Source: Alloascoidea hylecoeti (lineage: Eukaryota). Taken from it: a stretch of 64,000 nt of DNA. Below the pieces are notes generated by a model that made no database searches, was not told the DNA's origin, and saw only the letters and a list, made by a program, of their open reading frames with translations. Numbering within the stretch: position 1 is the stretch's first letter; every line of letters starts with the position of its first letter. The translations under genes and the position numbers were made by a program. The DNA lies in the NCBI GenBank assembly GCA_001600815.1, contig BCKZ01000022.1, positions 214,982 to 278,981 of the forward strand. Direction: 5' to 3'. Positions 1-12,997 of the stretch are shown piece by piece.

Positions 1-40
1 AAATGGAAATATAGGGATGGAGTTTAACATGCATATGTAG

Positions 41-3000
41 TTATCAATTCAAGGTATCAGATCTTTTGATAACCGTGTCAAAGAAGCCATCGAGTTTGGT
101 ACTCCGTTAACTTTGATCGTTGGTCAGAATGGTTCTGGTAAAACTGTAAGTGACCCAGAAATCATCATTTAAAGGGGTGACTATTAAGTTAAACTGTTAT
201 AAATTATAGACAATTATCGAATGTTTGAAATATATAACTACTGGTATGCTACCTCCAAATAGTAAAGGTGGTGCTTTTGTACATGATCCAAAGGTAGGTA
301 TCGAAATTAATGTGCCAATGTACTGGATATGATAATACTAATTGTCATTTATAGATCTGTATGGAAAGAGATGTTAGAGCTCAAGTTAAGCTCGCGTTCA
401 CAAGTACAACTGGTGTTAAAATTGTGTGTACAAGATCAATGCAATTACAATTGAAAAAGAAAACTCAGACCTTCAAAACTTTAGAAGGTCAATTAATGTC
501 AATAAATCATGGAGAAAGAGTTTCATTAAATTCACGTACAGCAGAACTTGATGAAAAAATTCCAACATATTTAGGAACATCAAAAGCAGTTTTAGATTAT
601 GTTGTATTTTGTCATCAAGATGATAGTTTATGGCCTTTAGCAGAACCTGCTGTTTTGAAAAAAAGATTTGATGAATTATTTGAAGCTATGAAATTTTCAA
701 AAGCTTTAGATGATTTAAAGAAAATTAAAAAAGATATGGTTATTGATATTAAATTATTAACACAATCCGTTAGTTTTTTAAAACAAGATAAAGAAAGAGC
801 AGATAAAACAAAAGAAAGATCTGAACAATTAATGGAAGAAATTGAACAATATAGGCAAGATGCAAAAGTTATTAAATTAGAAATTGAAAAAGTAACTGCT
901 GAATCACAACGATTATTTAATTCTGGCAGAGAATTTAATGAAATTTTATCAAGAATTAAATTACTTGAACATGAGCGTAAAACAGGAGAGTCAAATATTC
1001 AGTTAGAACAATCTTTGGTATTAAGGACTGAAAGTGATGAAGAACTAGAATCCATTCTATCAAATTTCGAATCTGAATTAGATTCTAAAAAACGTGATTT
1101 ACAAACACAAAGAAATACTTATGAATCCATGGAAAATGAATTACAATTCATAAGAGATAAACACGGTAGACTGATAGGTGAATCTGGTCAATTAAATGCT
1201 GAAGCAGAAACATATCAAAAAAATTTATCAAAAAGAAAAACATTTATTATCAATAATAGTGATAAATTAAAATTTGAACTTCCCAATGATTATAATAATA
1301 TTAATGATGAACATATTGAAAGTTTTAAATCAACTATTCGTTCAATGATAACCAAATTATCATATGAATTACAACAATTAGTAAAAGATAGTGAAATTGA
1401 ACAATCCAAAATACAATCTGCACTTCAAGAAATAGTAGAAGAAAAACTTCGTAAAGAACAAAAGAAGATATCATGTCAAAATAATACAAATTCTACTAAA
1501 AATGAAATACAACAATTACAACATCAAATCACACAAATTAAATCAGATGAAGGATTAATTGCTTATGAAAAGGCAGCATTACAAAATTTGGAACTTCAAA
1601 TGTCTACTTTAAAGGAAGAATTAACGAAAGATGATATTCCTCATAAAATAACTGAATCATATTCTAAATTATCTAATATTGATTCATCTATAGAAAATCT
1701 ACAAAATGAATTAGCAAAATCAAATAGACAATCTGGGCTTGGGGCAAAATTAGCAATTATCAATGGTGATATTACCAATCGAAAAGCAGCTATTGATGCC
1801 ATGTTATCAAACAATTCAGAAACTTATAAAACTCTAACAGGTGAATCTATTGAATCAGAAACTTTAGAAGATGACTGGAAAAAGTTTTTAGATAAGACTA
1901 ATATTTCATTATCAAAAGCTCAAGATGAGCAAAGAATTATATCATCTAAAGTATCTAGTTTAGAAGCAGAAAAAGAAATGATTTCAAAACAATTAAGCAC
2001 ATCAAATCGTGAAAGGGAAAGATATCATCAAGAAGTTTATGAAGCATTAGATGAAGGTGAAGAAATTATTGAATATGAAGGAATTACAGAACAATTAGAA
2101 GAAGGTTATAAACAAGCTGTTGAGAATGCTAAAACTTTTACATTTTTAGTTGATTTTTATAATAAGGCAAAAACTCATGCTGAACAACATAAAACTTGTT
2201 CTTTATGTTTACGTCCATTTGAAATTGATGAAATTCCAGCATTTAATAGAACTGTTGATAGATTATTAAAATCTCAACCTTTATCGGTGGAAGAAGCTGA
2301 GAAACAAGTTCAGGATGCTAAGGATGATTTAGATCAATTGAAAAAGGTTGCACCACAAGTATCAAGATATCGTAGGTTAGATTCAACGGAAATTCCAAAT
2401 TTAGAGAAGAATTTATCTGATATTGATGCCAAGTTAATAAATATTAAACGAGAATTTGAGACGAATTCTGTATTAATTGGTGAGTTAAAAGGCAAACTAG
2501 ATCAATTAGAAATGCTAAGAACTCCTCTCAATAATATTACAAGAGATAAAAATGATTTTAAATCTTTAGAAGCGCAAAAAATTTCAATTGAAAATGATTT
2601 GAAAATGTTTGGTATAACTACTAAATCATCACAAGAATTACAACAAGAATTGACATCTTTAAGTAATGAAGCAAGAAGTATTAGAAATGAAATCCAAAAA
2701 TTAACAGAAGAAAAAGATAATAATCGTAATCAATTAAATCGATTAGAAAACTCAATTCAAGAAAAGAAATTTACAATTAATAATTATGAACATCAATTAC
2801 AACAAAGGGAGAATTTAAAAGCTAGAATTTCAGATTTTAAAGAAAAAATTGAAAATTGGAAAACAGATGTGAATGAATGTGATAAAGATATTATGGAATT
2901 ACAACCAAGTTTAGATTCCAAAAAACATGATCTTGAATTGATACAAAAGAAATACCGTAAATTAGAGGATGAAAAGACGGAAGAGATTTCAAATATGAGA

Positions 3001-4071
3001 GACATATCTAATAGTTTTGGGTCAATTGAACAAGATCTGGAAACCTACATACAATCACGAGGAGCAGAGCGTCTAGAAAAATGTAAGCGAGATATAGATC
3101 AAATGGCCCAAAAGATTACTCAAAAGGAGGTTAATGTTAAAAAACTTGGTGACGATATCCATAAGGTTGAATTAGATTTGGGTGACGCTATGGGTCAAGA
3201 GAGAAACATTAGGGATAATCTAAGATTAAGAAAACTCAAAAGAGAAATGATTGAAACTGAAAATGAATTAAAAGAATTAAGAGCTAAGAATGCAGAAGTT
3301 GAAAAGGTAAAATATGAACAGGAAGCAGAAAAATTAAATACTAGAAATTCTCGTCTTACAGCTTCATATGCTGGTAAAAATGGTGAAATAAAACAAATGG
3401 ATGATCAATTAAGTCAATTGGAACGAGAATTGAATACTGAATATAAAGATATTCATAGTCAATATAAAAGAGAGTGGGTAAAACTGAAATCCACTTCAGT
3501 TGCAACAGAAGATGTTACCAAATATTCAAAAGCATTAGATAGTGCTATTATGAAATATCATAGTATTAAGATGGAAGAAATCAATCGAATCATTGATGAA
3601 TTATGGAAAAAAACTTATAGTGGAACTGATGTTGATTCAATTCTTATTAGAAGTGATAATTCGGGTGCACGAGGAAATCAACTATATAATTATAGGGTTT
3701 GTATGGTCAAACAAGATGCTGAACTTGATATGCGAGGGCGATGTAGTGCAGGACAAAAAGTATTGGCAAGTATCATCATTAGGTTAGCACTTGCTGAATG
3801 TTTTGGAAATAATTGTGGAATGATTGCATTAGATGAACCAACTACAAATCTTGATATCGAGAATATTGAATCTCTAGCAAGAAGTCTTTCGAATATTATT
3901 GAACATCGAAAACAACAAAATAATTTTCAGCTAATTGTTATTACACATGATGAAAAGTTTCTACAGTATATGGATGCATCGAAATATACAGATCATTACT
4001 ACTTGATAAGAAGAAATGACAGGCAAAAATCAGAAATAGAGGAAGTCGATATCTCAAAAATTAGCGATTGA
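41..4071 (+). CDS. RAD50: DNA repair ATPase Rad50 (MRX complex), 5'-partial, spliced
   Basis: Exons 41-145 (LSIQGIRSF...GQNGSGKT, Walker A), 210-293 (TIIECLKY...HDPK) and 355-4071 join in frame via GTAAGT..TAG (146-209) and GTAGGT..TACTAAT..TAG (294-354) introns. Long coiled coil with CSLC zinc hook; C-terminal CSAGQK signature, LDEPTTNLD Walker B and ITHD. The first exon lies upstream of the window. Confidence 0.97.
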
Positions 4072-4820
4072 AATAAATATACTCCGACATATGTTATAAT
4101 TATCATCATCCAGATAACGTAAATACCTTTTTAAAAATGCAATATTTATGGACTGTAAGGTTGTGATGTAATAAAGTCCTGAAGTCAGCAACTTGTGCAA
4201 ACGCATATCTTAACTTCCTAAGCTTCCTATGCATGGGGACTTAATACTACTCTTGTATCTGCTGTATGCCATTGTGTATGGATATTCTTATTGTGTGTGT
4301 ACAAACCTTCAATTCTCATTGCAATTGGCTATTCCCTCCGATGTAATGATTTAATTAGCTCTTGATAGAGATCTGGAGATTTTAATATGTTTCTTGTCTT
4401 GAAAAGTAATACAATCATCTGATCACGATAATACCACTGACCACATTGTACTTTCACCACTAACTCTTTCAAATTTTATAGTTGTGCAAATGTAACCATT
4501 TTTTCTGATAAGGCTTAGAGTTCGCGTTAACTCCGAAACAAAGTTCGTTCCAGGCGATGATGAGGTTCTCCTTGGCCAAAAACACCTGTGTAGCACGACC
4601 TGTTCTATTAACTACACAGAATATAATGGAATTGGGTCCGCGATACAAATATAAATGTAGAGATTCAACCGGTTCTATATATATACGCTTACACCAGGAC
4701 TTCAGGTGAAAGGTGGATATTTGAGGTGTATGACATATGGCGCTATAAATATGCATACTTTAGAGTTCAATATAAAACTCTTCTTCCTTGCAAATCCAGT
4801 TTCATCTTTACCATTTCAAA

Positions 4821-7358
4821 ATGAGGAAACAGATGAAAAGAATTATGACTGACCATTCTTTATTTGGGTCTCCAGCCTCTCCAACACAGACGGAACCTGA
4901 TGAACCGGCATGGATAGGTCTTTTACGCAAAGCACGCAAGGAAACGAGTATTGTACTCCATTCCCATTCAAGATCAAACAGTACGGACGAAAAGAAAAAT
5001 CACAATGTTTCATCGAATTTGGACCGTTCATTGAGTTGTTCTTTGGATAGTACTGTTGGTGATCCAGCAATACACGCGTCCAGTCCTGAAGAAGACAAAA
5101 AATGTAAAAAATGTTTGTCTCGTGCTAAGCTTAATTGCGAAGACTTGGCAAATGCAGATATTTGTGTCCCACCTTCTGCTACTGTTAGAACCTCTGGATC
5201 CCATTCGAACTCCGAACCGAACCCAGCATCTTCGGATGAGCCAATTATCAATGATCAAAATAGCACATCGGAAGACCCTCAACTGCGAAAAATTGACGGA
5301 TCAAATATAGATCCGGCTTATCCGATCCCTCTGGCTGAAAATTCGAATACATCTTCCTCATCTGAAATAGGAACAGACTCTGAAAAACAAGTCGAATCAG
5401 AGGATGCCGCTTCTCCTTCTCACTCCGATAATTTAAATAAGGATCGAGGCGATGAAGAGATTGATGGCGACGATATCGTTCGACCACTTCGGGAGGAAGT
5501 TACCTCTCATCATGTACATAGCAAGGTAAAATACGGTGATGCATCTTCCATCATAGGTGGAACTTCTACTCTTCCATCGAGGCCTTCATCAACCCATAAC
5601 AGTAAGGCGGAGAAGGATGAGGCTGCCGATGAACCCGAAATATCTGAATTATCTCAACAACTAAGTAATCACCATATGGATGAAAAACAAGAGTCTACTC
5701 AAAAGGTCTTTAATTTCAGTTTACCATTTTCAAATCCATTAGCGGCTTGGTCTTCAGGGAAAACCTTACCAATTATATCAAATATTAAACTACCTAAGAT
5801 TTTAAGAGAAGAAATTGATGCTACAAGACCGGTATTAACAAAAGAACAAAAAGTAAACCTAACAAACAAATTACAAAGGCAAGAATCTCTTCAGACTTTA
5901 GAAGAAGAATATCTTTATCGCAATGTTCATCAGCAAGATAATGGCCATTTACGTGCCATCAAAAAAGTTTTAACACCAAATAGATCTCTTTCCTTTTCAT
6001 CTTCTCCAGAAGTCAAATATGATCCGTTTAACGAAGTTACAGGTGATGTTGTCATACTGGGGGGATACAGAGGTAGTATATTGAGAGATCGTCCAACTGG
6101 TAAAAGAGTGTGGATTCCACTAAAGGCAGGCTTACATCTACGTAAGATTGATCTCACTGTAGGAATAAACGATGAAGATGAATATGATATGGAAAAATAT
6201 ATTTACCCAGATGGATTGTTAACACACATTGGACCAGTTGATGTTGCACGCCGCTTAATAAAAAGATTAAAAGCGAATCCAAAATGTCGTGTTCACATTT
6301 TTGCATACGATTGGAGATTATCGGGAGATATTAATAGTGAGAAATTGAAAAAATTACTTGAGAAATTACCAGGAAATTCATCAACGACAGATAAAAAAGG
6401 AGCTTTGGTAATTGCACATTCAATGGGTGGTCTCATTGCTCATCATGCAATGATGAAAAATCCTAAACTATTTTCTGCACTGCTATATGTGGGTGTACCA
6501 TCTGCTTGTCCAAATATTCTTGGTCCATTCCGTTATGGTGACTCAGTTTTACTCAGTTCAAAAGTCTTAACAGCACAAGTTAACTTTTTAATGCGATCAA
6601 GTTATTTGTTTTTACCTATGTCTGGAAAATGCTTTATTGATAAATTAACTGGAGAAAGATATGATATTGATTTCTTCGATGTTAAAAATTGGATTGAATA
6701 TGGTTTTAGTCCAATAGCTTCCAAAACACGGATGAATGAGGATGATAAAAAATTCCTTGAGGCCTTCTTAAAGGAAAAAGATGCATCTATACAGAAAGAA
6801 GAATCAGATAATGAAATTTCTAAACCTCTTGATGATTTGGATTCTTGTGTGGTTAAAAATGATAAATACTTACCACCTACACATTTTAATTTCCACAAAA
6901 TATCAAATAGTAAGACAGAACCAATAAACCTCAGAATACCATCCTCTCCTACCTCTTTCGGTTATTTTCCACCAGAAGAAATCGTACCATTTCAGAATGC
7001 TGTTGTGTATTTAGATAGAACACTAAAAAGAACTAAAAAATTCTTGACAGATTTACAATTTGATCCTACACAAGTTGATGAACTTCCTCCATTGGGAATT
7101 GTTTATGGTAACAAAATACCAACATTAAAAGGTTCTAGAGTTAAAGGAAAACAGGGAATTAAAAATGGTGATTACGATGATTTCATTTATGGAGTTGGAG
7201 ATGGTGTTATTTATAAAGGATCTTTAATGCCAGAAGGATACGGTTATCCTGTTTGTGTGAAAGTTCCATCTGATGCAGGCCATGTTGGGTTATTAAGCGA
7301 TTTAGATGCCATATCTAATGCATTAGATGGGATACTGAAGGAAATGAAGAAGCGGTAG
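4821..7358 (+). CDS. Alpha/beta-hydrolase of LCAT-like family (YJR098C-like) with long acidic/Ser-rich N-terminus
   Basis: ORF contains GGYRGSIL, YDWRL, AHSMGG nucleophile elbow, GDGVI and H-VGLL motifs. First ATG is at 4821 (ORF track starts at an upstream TTG); start codon uncertain. Confidence 0.75.
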   Translation: MRKQMKRIMTDHSLFGSPASPTQTEPDEPAWIGLLRKARKETSIVLHSHSRSNSTDEKKNHNVSSNLDRSLSCSLDSTVGDPAIHASSPEEDKKCKKCLSRAKLNCEDLANADICVPPSATVRTSGSHSNSEPNPASSDEPIINDQNSTSEDPQLRKIDGSNIDPAYPIPLAENSNTSSSSEIGTDSEKQVESEDAASPSHSDNLNKDRGDEEIDGDDIVRPLREEVTSHHVHSKVKYGDASSIIGGTSTLPSRPSSTHNSKAEKDEAADEPEISELSQQLSNHHMDEKQESTQKVFNFSLPFSNPLAAWSSGKTLPIISNIKLPKILREEIDATRPVLTKEQKVNLTNKLQRQESLQTLEEEYLYRNVHQQDNGHLRAIKKVLTPNRSLSFSSSPEVKYDPFNEVTGDVVILGGYRGSILRDRPTGKRVWIPLKAGLHLRKIDLTVGINDEDEYDMEKYIYPDGLLTHIGPVDVARRLIKRLKANPKCRVHIFAYDWRLSGDINSEKLKKLLEKLPGNSSTTDKKGALVIAHSMGGLIAHHAMMKNPKLFSALLYVGVPSACPNILGPFRYGDSVLLSSKVLTAQVNFLMRSSYLFLPMSGKCFIDKLTGERYDIDFFDVKNWIEYGFSPIASKTRMNEDDKKFLEAFLKEKDASIQKEESDNEISKPLDDLDSCVVKNDKYLPPTHFNFHKISNSKTEPINLRIPSSPTSFGYFPPEEIVPFQNAVVYLDRTLKRTKKFLTDLQFDPTQVDELPPLGIVYGNKIPTLKGSRVKGKQGIKNGDYDDFIYGVGDGVIYKGSLMPEGYGYPVCVKVPSDAGHVGLLSDLDAISNALDGILKEMKKR

Positions 7359-8563
7359 TAAAACGGCTATGTATTCAACACCCATTGATTATCTGTAAAA
7401 TTCCACATCAACTTTTGTACAATTAGATATACTTTTCACTTATTACATACATTTAAGTTCATTTTAGTTACATTTTTGGGAATTCATAATTATTTGTTTT
7501 TATCTTAAAATATATATTACTATCGATATATCACTAATAATTATCTGCTTTTATATTTTGCTAACACTTTTTCGTACAAATGATTAATTGCAATTGTGAC
7601 TTTTAATAACTGTCTCGAGGATTCAGAGTGATCCTGTTCCACCTGAAAAATATCAAGTTTCAAGAGAGATTTAGCTGATTATTTCGCAATCTATGTTGAA
7701 CACCTATTGCAATTGATATCACAATCACAATTAAACATGAGGAATTACAGAATCTCAATATAATAATACTGGCGCTTATTTCTCGGGTAAAGACTCACCA
7801 TGAACCCTTCTAAAAAAGCATGAATATGGAATATTATAGACGTGTAGAAGGGCTTTTCTGAATGCGAAGAGCCAAAGAAAGGGAATAATGATGGTCTAAA
7901 GATAGGCTGGAGTGGTTTCATTATAGTAACGAAGGTTCGGTCGCTGTAGGATCCGAGAAAGTATGTGCTCTACGAAAGTTACCCCAGGCACCTTTGAAGA
8001 AAGAAAGGTATTGATTCCACTTAGTTTCGACCACCTATTGAATTAAATATTCGGCCATTTCTCAAACTAATTATTCGACCAGTCATAAATAAGGGCGCCA
8101 ATACCTATAGGTATAGCATATATATTTATTTTGATAATGTATAGAATATCAAGAATTAACGGAACATTATCAACTATTTTAACACAGGGCTCACTCACCA
8201 TCACTTCACGAATCACATCCACAAGTTGTATGTGGTTCATATTGTCTACAAGTAGATATCTAAGCTGTTTTGTGGTTATTCGAACTTTAATATTAGTTAA
8301 AAGTTTTGTAATATAGTACAAAATCCTGATCCTTAATTATAAACAATTAGCTTATAGATGAGATATTAACGATTAGGATTGGAGTAAAAAGAGGAATAGC
8401 AAAAAAAAAAAAAAGAATTAAATGTATATTATGATTAAACCTTATTGTATATCTATGATTATTGAAAGAAATGAATGAGAAAAATAAAAACAAAAATACC
8501 ATATATTATTATAAAAAGAAATGAATAAAATAAAAATAAATAAAAATGAATCTTTTAATGAGA

Positions 8564-11500
8564 TTAATTTTGATCTTTTGTCTCCTTTGATCTCTTCTTC
8601 TTTGGAACTCTGAAAAACCAATACAACCCAAATGCTGCACATATATTAAATATAATATAGACAATCATCAATCCAAAGTTTCTCCACCTGTCACCATATT
8701 TAATATCAATAGTAGCCAAAAATTGATTAGTAGTACTCATTGTACAATATTTACAATCACTAGTAGCACTACCATCTTGTAAGTATCCACCTGTAGCATT
8801 CATATAAGCAGCGAAATATTCAGAACATGTTTGACCACTTTTAGCTGGCTGAACGGTAATAAACTCTTTGGAAGCACAGTGAAGTGGTGCATTCGCTACT
8901 GCTGTTGATAACAACGCCGATATCAAATAAGTGAATGGTGATACTCGATACATGAAAATCCAAAATCTAGGCATTGCATCTTTAGTGGACATAACACCAC
9001 AGAATAACAAACAAAGTGAAAACATCAAATTAGCAATATTTGCTGATGTATCTGCATCTTCCATACCTGAAATAATCATATTTGCAAATGTACTACTGAA
9101 AACATAAAAAGTCCACATAAGCAAGTAGAAAAGAATACCTCTTTCTCCTGTTTTACCAGTATGACCAGCATTTGTTTGCAAACCAATTGGATAATAAAAT
9201 ACAAAGAATGCAGCAACCGACATCATAGTTTGCCAAAAGATTTCAATCATAATATTACTTAATAAAAATGATTGCCAAGAATATGTTTTTGAAGGTCTTT
9301 CTCTAACTTCATATAATGATCTCATAGTAACAAAGGTGGGGATTATTTGTTGAACCATATTACCAAACACTGTAGTCATCATGAAAAGAGCAAACATTTG
9401 ATTTTGTAACCCTTGTTGAGATGTTCCTGCTTTCCAAAATGAAAATCCAATAAATAAATTTGTAATAACTGTCAAAACAAATTTGGAATAAATATAAGAT
9501 GGTGTTCTCCAATATTGTTGTGCTGTTCTCTTTAAAACTTCATATAATTGAACTCCAAAAGGTGCTGCAAATTCTTCAGTTTTATCATGATCACTTGTGT
9601 TATTACCACTTCTTATCTTTTCTGCTGCCATTTCATCTAATTTTCTATGCAATTCTTCTCTCTCTGGGCTTTGTAACCAAACTTCATGATAATCATGATT
9701 AGCATGAGAACCTGGAGCAGCACCAATTACTTCAAGCATCCATTCGGCCGGATTGGCATCTTTTGGACATTCGCCAGATCCATTTCTTTCAAAATAATCA
9801 ATCATAGTTCTAGAATTTTCACCAATATCACCAAAATAAACAGTTCTACCACCTCTTGCCATAAATAAAAGTTTATCAAATTGTTGGAAGAGCATTGCAG
9901 AAGGTTGATGAATAGTGCATAAAATAGCTTGACCATTATTGGCTAATTTCCTCATTAATGAACAAATAGACCAAGCGGTTTGAGAATCAAGACCTGAAGT
10001 TGGTTCATCCAAAAACAATAATAATTCAGGTTTAGCTGCCAATTCAACACCAATTGTTAAACGTTTTCTTTGTTCAACATTTAAACCTTCACCTGGAACA
10101 CCAACAACTGCTTCTGCATATTCTTCCATTTCTAGAATCTTAATAACTTCATCGACATAAGCAAGTTTCTCTTCTTTTGAGATCTCTTTAGGTTGTCTTA
10201 ACAAGGCACTAAATGTAAGCGCTTCCTTAACTGTTGAAGTGGCCAAATGAAGATCTTGTTGTTGAACATAACCAGTATTTCTTTGGAAAGAACTATTTCT
10301 TGGGTGTCCATTAACTAACATATCACCAGTAACCACTCCCATTGTAACACGATCAGCCAAAACATCCAATAGTGTAGTCTTACCTGCACCCGAAGCTCCC
10401 ATCAATGCTGTAAGTTTACCTGGTTGAACCCATCCATCAACACCGGATAAAATACGTCTGGTTTCAGTTTTAATTTGAACTTCATATACAACATTCTTCC
10501 ATTGAAAGATATCTCTTGCACCTAAATCGATACTTCCGTTTACTGGTTGTTCCTCACGATCATAACTACCAATTGTTTCCTTCTCACCAACATTAGAAGA
10601 CTCTAAATCCCTTGGAACTACATTCTTCCTTAAATGATCTCTCTTGAAAATAAGAATCTCACCTTTGGACTTAGCACCTGATACAAATTCAACACCAAAA
10701 AGATAAATAGCTGTTAACCCCACAAAGAATGCAATCAATATACCAAAGTTTCTCCATAAATGTGATGGATGATAACTAAATGACTTTATAATATAATTAG
10801 TACCAAGAACATATGATTCTCCATTGATAGAACCAACAGCGGTACATGAAAATGCATCAGTTGGAAGATTAGTATAACCATCACCTGAAGGAACAAAAGT
10901 TGAACATGGGAATCTTCTACCTTGAAATTCATTAATCATTAGAGCTTCAAAACCAAATGCAATAGGATCTAAATAATTTAACCATCTAAACCAAGGATGC
11001 ATATAACTAATTGGAATCGTGAAACCGGTATAAATGACAAGAATTAGAATTAAAAGAGCAGCGAATGGCATAGCTTCTTGTAAAGTCTTTGAAAAAGCTC
11101 CAACTGTTCTGAAGAAACTAGACATCACGAAAGTTGTAGTCACCGAAATAAGGAAAAAGCAGAAGAAATGACCTGGGGACCTTCTTAAGTTACTCATAAA
11201 GTATAATGTCAAGTTAAACATAATTGCAGTTGAAAACTTTGTAGGAAGATCACAAATCATGGAAGCAATTGCTTCACAAAAAGGATGATAAAACGCATAA
11301 CGATTATGTTTCTCAACGATAGGTCTCTGAACATATAAACCAAAAATTTCCAAAGCCGAAGAAAATGCATTCATTAAAATTGCAAAGAAAAGTAACGCTC
11401 CTCTACTATAAAAACTGCCTGTATTGTTTGGAAGATTAAAAAAGATACTTGAAATAATCAACGCCATAGCTGTATTTCCAAAAATAGTAGATAATGCCAT

Positions 11501-12997
11501 TGAGTAATCACCTTTCAGACGTTGGAAACCTCTAACTGTGCAAATGTTGATTTGATTCCTCATTGAAAGAGTAAATGGTGACTTTGGTGAAAGATGTTTT
11601 GATTTCTTAGCATTACGTGTTTCAACGAATTCTTGATATTTTTCACCTCCTTTAGTAAATGAGCTATTAAATTCTTCAATATCACCAATTAACTGTTTGT
11701 ATGTATCGCTTTCTCTCCATCTTTCGGCAAATTCATCAGGAGTTTTAGGGACCTTTAATTCAAAACCTGGAAGAGGAGTTCTTTCTGCTGGACTTGTCAA
11801 TGATGTTAAGAAATCACTAGTAGTTTGTCTATCTGGACAATCAAATCCCATATCCTTGAAAAATTGTCTAGCTTCAACAGTTGGTCCAAAATATATTTGT
11901 CTACCTTCATAAAGAACAATAACCTTATCAAAAACATCATAAGAAGCTTGAGAGGCTTGATATAAAGATACAAACATAACAGATTGCATTGCTTTGGTCA
12001 TTCTTCTCAACATATGACAGAACTCTAAAGCAGTAGCTGAATCTAAACCACGAGTAGAATTATCCCAGAATTGATAAGGAGCACCGGAAAGAGCTGCTTC
12101 TGCAATGGAAACACGCTTTCTTTCACCACCAGAAACACCTCTAACATAATCATCACCAACTTTAGTATTAACAGTATGAGATAAACCAAGCATTGCCATC
12201 AATACATCACGCATGTGACTAGCCCATTGTTCACGAGTAAGACCCTCCAGGCGTGTTCGTGGAGTTCTAGCTAAGGCAGCAAACTGCAATGTCTCACCAA
12301 CAGATAAATGGGGAAAATGCGCTTCAGTCTCAGCATTATAAATTACCTCACCTCTATATTGTTTTGCCATTTCTTCGTAAGGGACACCTTGATAATTAAT
12401 ATGAGTTGAATCATCCAAATGGAATCCATATGTTTCTGTAGACACTGATTTCAAAAAAGTTGTACAACCACTACCAGGACGTCCTAGAACAACACACATT
12501 TCACCTTCTCTAACAAGACCATCAAAATCTCTGAGAATCTGAATTTTTGATTGTTTGCGGTTGCTTATTAAACCCTTTAAAGTATCACAAACTGCTAAAA
12601 CGACATTTGGAACTGTTTTTTGATAATCTGATCCTGTACTGTACCCATAAGCGCCCAAATTTCTGAAAGACACAGCGGCTGATGAAGCTGTTCTATTAGG
12701 ATCACGGTTACTAAGGTTTAAAAGATTTTTTGTCCATGCTTCTGCACTGAAATCAGGGCTACTAGGATCTAAACTTGGATCCGACCCATCAAGGAATGAA
12801 TTTACAACACCTGAGACACCACCACTGGTTTGTGATCTATGAGTAATTGTTCTTGCCAAACTTAAGATTTGCTGGTTTTCTGTTGCGGAAAATTCCATCT
12901 CACCTGACTTGTCATTATCATAAGGCTTGGGATCATTTTTGAATATTGTGTCCTCCTCTGATGTAGAGCGACAGCTACTATTTCCACCTTCTACCAT
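8564..12997 (-). CDS. Pleiotropic drug resistance (PDR/CDR, ABCG) transporter, NBD-TMD x2
   Basis: 1477 aa; GRPGSGCT, VSGGERKRVSIAE, GASGAGKTT, LNVEQRKRLTIGVEL and LDEPTSGLD motifs; two six-helix TMDs. Orthology within the PDR5/CDR family cannot be resolved by eye. Confidence 0.96.
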   Translation of the reverse strand: MVEGGNSSCRSTSEEDTIFKNDPKPYDNDKSGEMEFSATENQQILSLARTITHRSQTSGGVSGVVNSFLDGSDPSLDPSSPDFSAEAWTKNLLNLSNRDPNRTASSAAVSFRNLGAYGYSTGSDYQKTVPNVVLAVCDTLKGLISNRKQSKIQILRDFDGLVREGEMCVVLGRPGSGCTTFLKSVSTETYGFHLDDSTHINYQGVPYEEMAKQYRGEVIYNAETEAHFPHLSVGETLQFAALARTPRTRLEGLTREQWASHMRDVLMAMLGLSHTVNTKVGDDYVRGVSGGERKRVSIAEAALSGAPYQFWDNSTRGLDSATALEFCHMLRRMTKAMQSVMFVSLYQASQASYDVFDKVIVLYEGRQIYFGPTVEARQFFKDMGFDCPDRQTTSDFLTSLTSPAERTPLPGFELKVPKTPDEFAERWRESDTYKQLIGDIEEFNSSFTKGGEKYQEFVETRNAKKSKHLSPKSPFTLSMRNQINICTVRGFQRLKGDYSMALSTIFGNTAMALIISSIFFNLPNNTGSFYSRGALLFFAILMNAFSSALEIFGLYVQRPIVEKHNRYAFYHPFCEAIASMICDLPTKFSTAIMFNLTLYFMSNLRRSPGHFFCFFLISVTTTFVMSSFFRTVGAFSKTLQEAMPFAALLILILVIYTGFTIPISYMHPWFRWLNYLDPIAFGFEALMINEFQGRRFPCSTFVPSGDGYTNLPTDAFSCTAVGSINGESYVLGTNYIIKSFSYHPSHLWRNFGILIAFFVGLTAIYLFGVEFVSGAKSKGEILIFKRDHLRKNVVPRDLESSNVGEKETIGSYDREEQPVNGSIDLGARDIFQWKNVVYEVQIKTETRRILSGVDGWVQPGKLTALMGASGAGKTTLLDVLADRVTMGVVTGDMLVNGHPRNSSFQRNTGYVQQQDLHLATSTVKEALTFSALLRQPKEISKEEKLAYVDEVIKILEMEEYAEAVVGVPGEGLNVEQRKRLTIGVELAAKPELLLFLDEPTSGLDSQTAWSICSLMRKLANNGQAILCTIHQPSAMLFQQFDKLLFMARGGRTVYFGDIGENSRTMIDYFERNGSGECPKDANPAEWMLEVIGAAPGSHANHDYHEVWLQSPEREELHRKLDEMAAEKIRSGNNTSDHDKTEEFAAPFGVQLYEVLKRTAQQYWRTPSYIYSKFVLTVITNLFIGFSFWKAGTSQQGLQNQMFALFMMTTVFGNMVQQIIPTFVTMRSLYEVRERPSKTYSWQSFLLSNIMIEIFWQTMMSVAAFFVFYYPIGLQTNAGHTGKTGERGILFYLLMWTFYVFSSTFANMIISGMEDADTSANIANLMFSLCLLFCGVMSTKDAMPRFWIFMYRVSPFTYLISALLSTAVANAPLHCASKEFITVQPAKSGQTCSEYFAAYMNATGGYLQDGSATSDCKYCTMSTTNQFLATIDIKYGDRWRNFGLMIVYIIFNICAAFGLYWFFRVPKKKRSKETKDQN

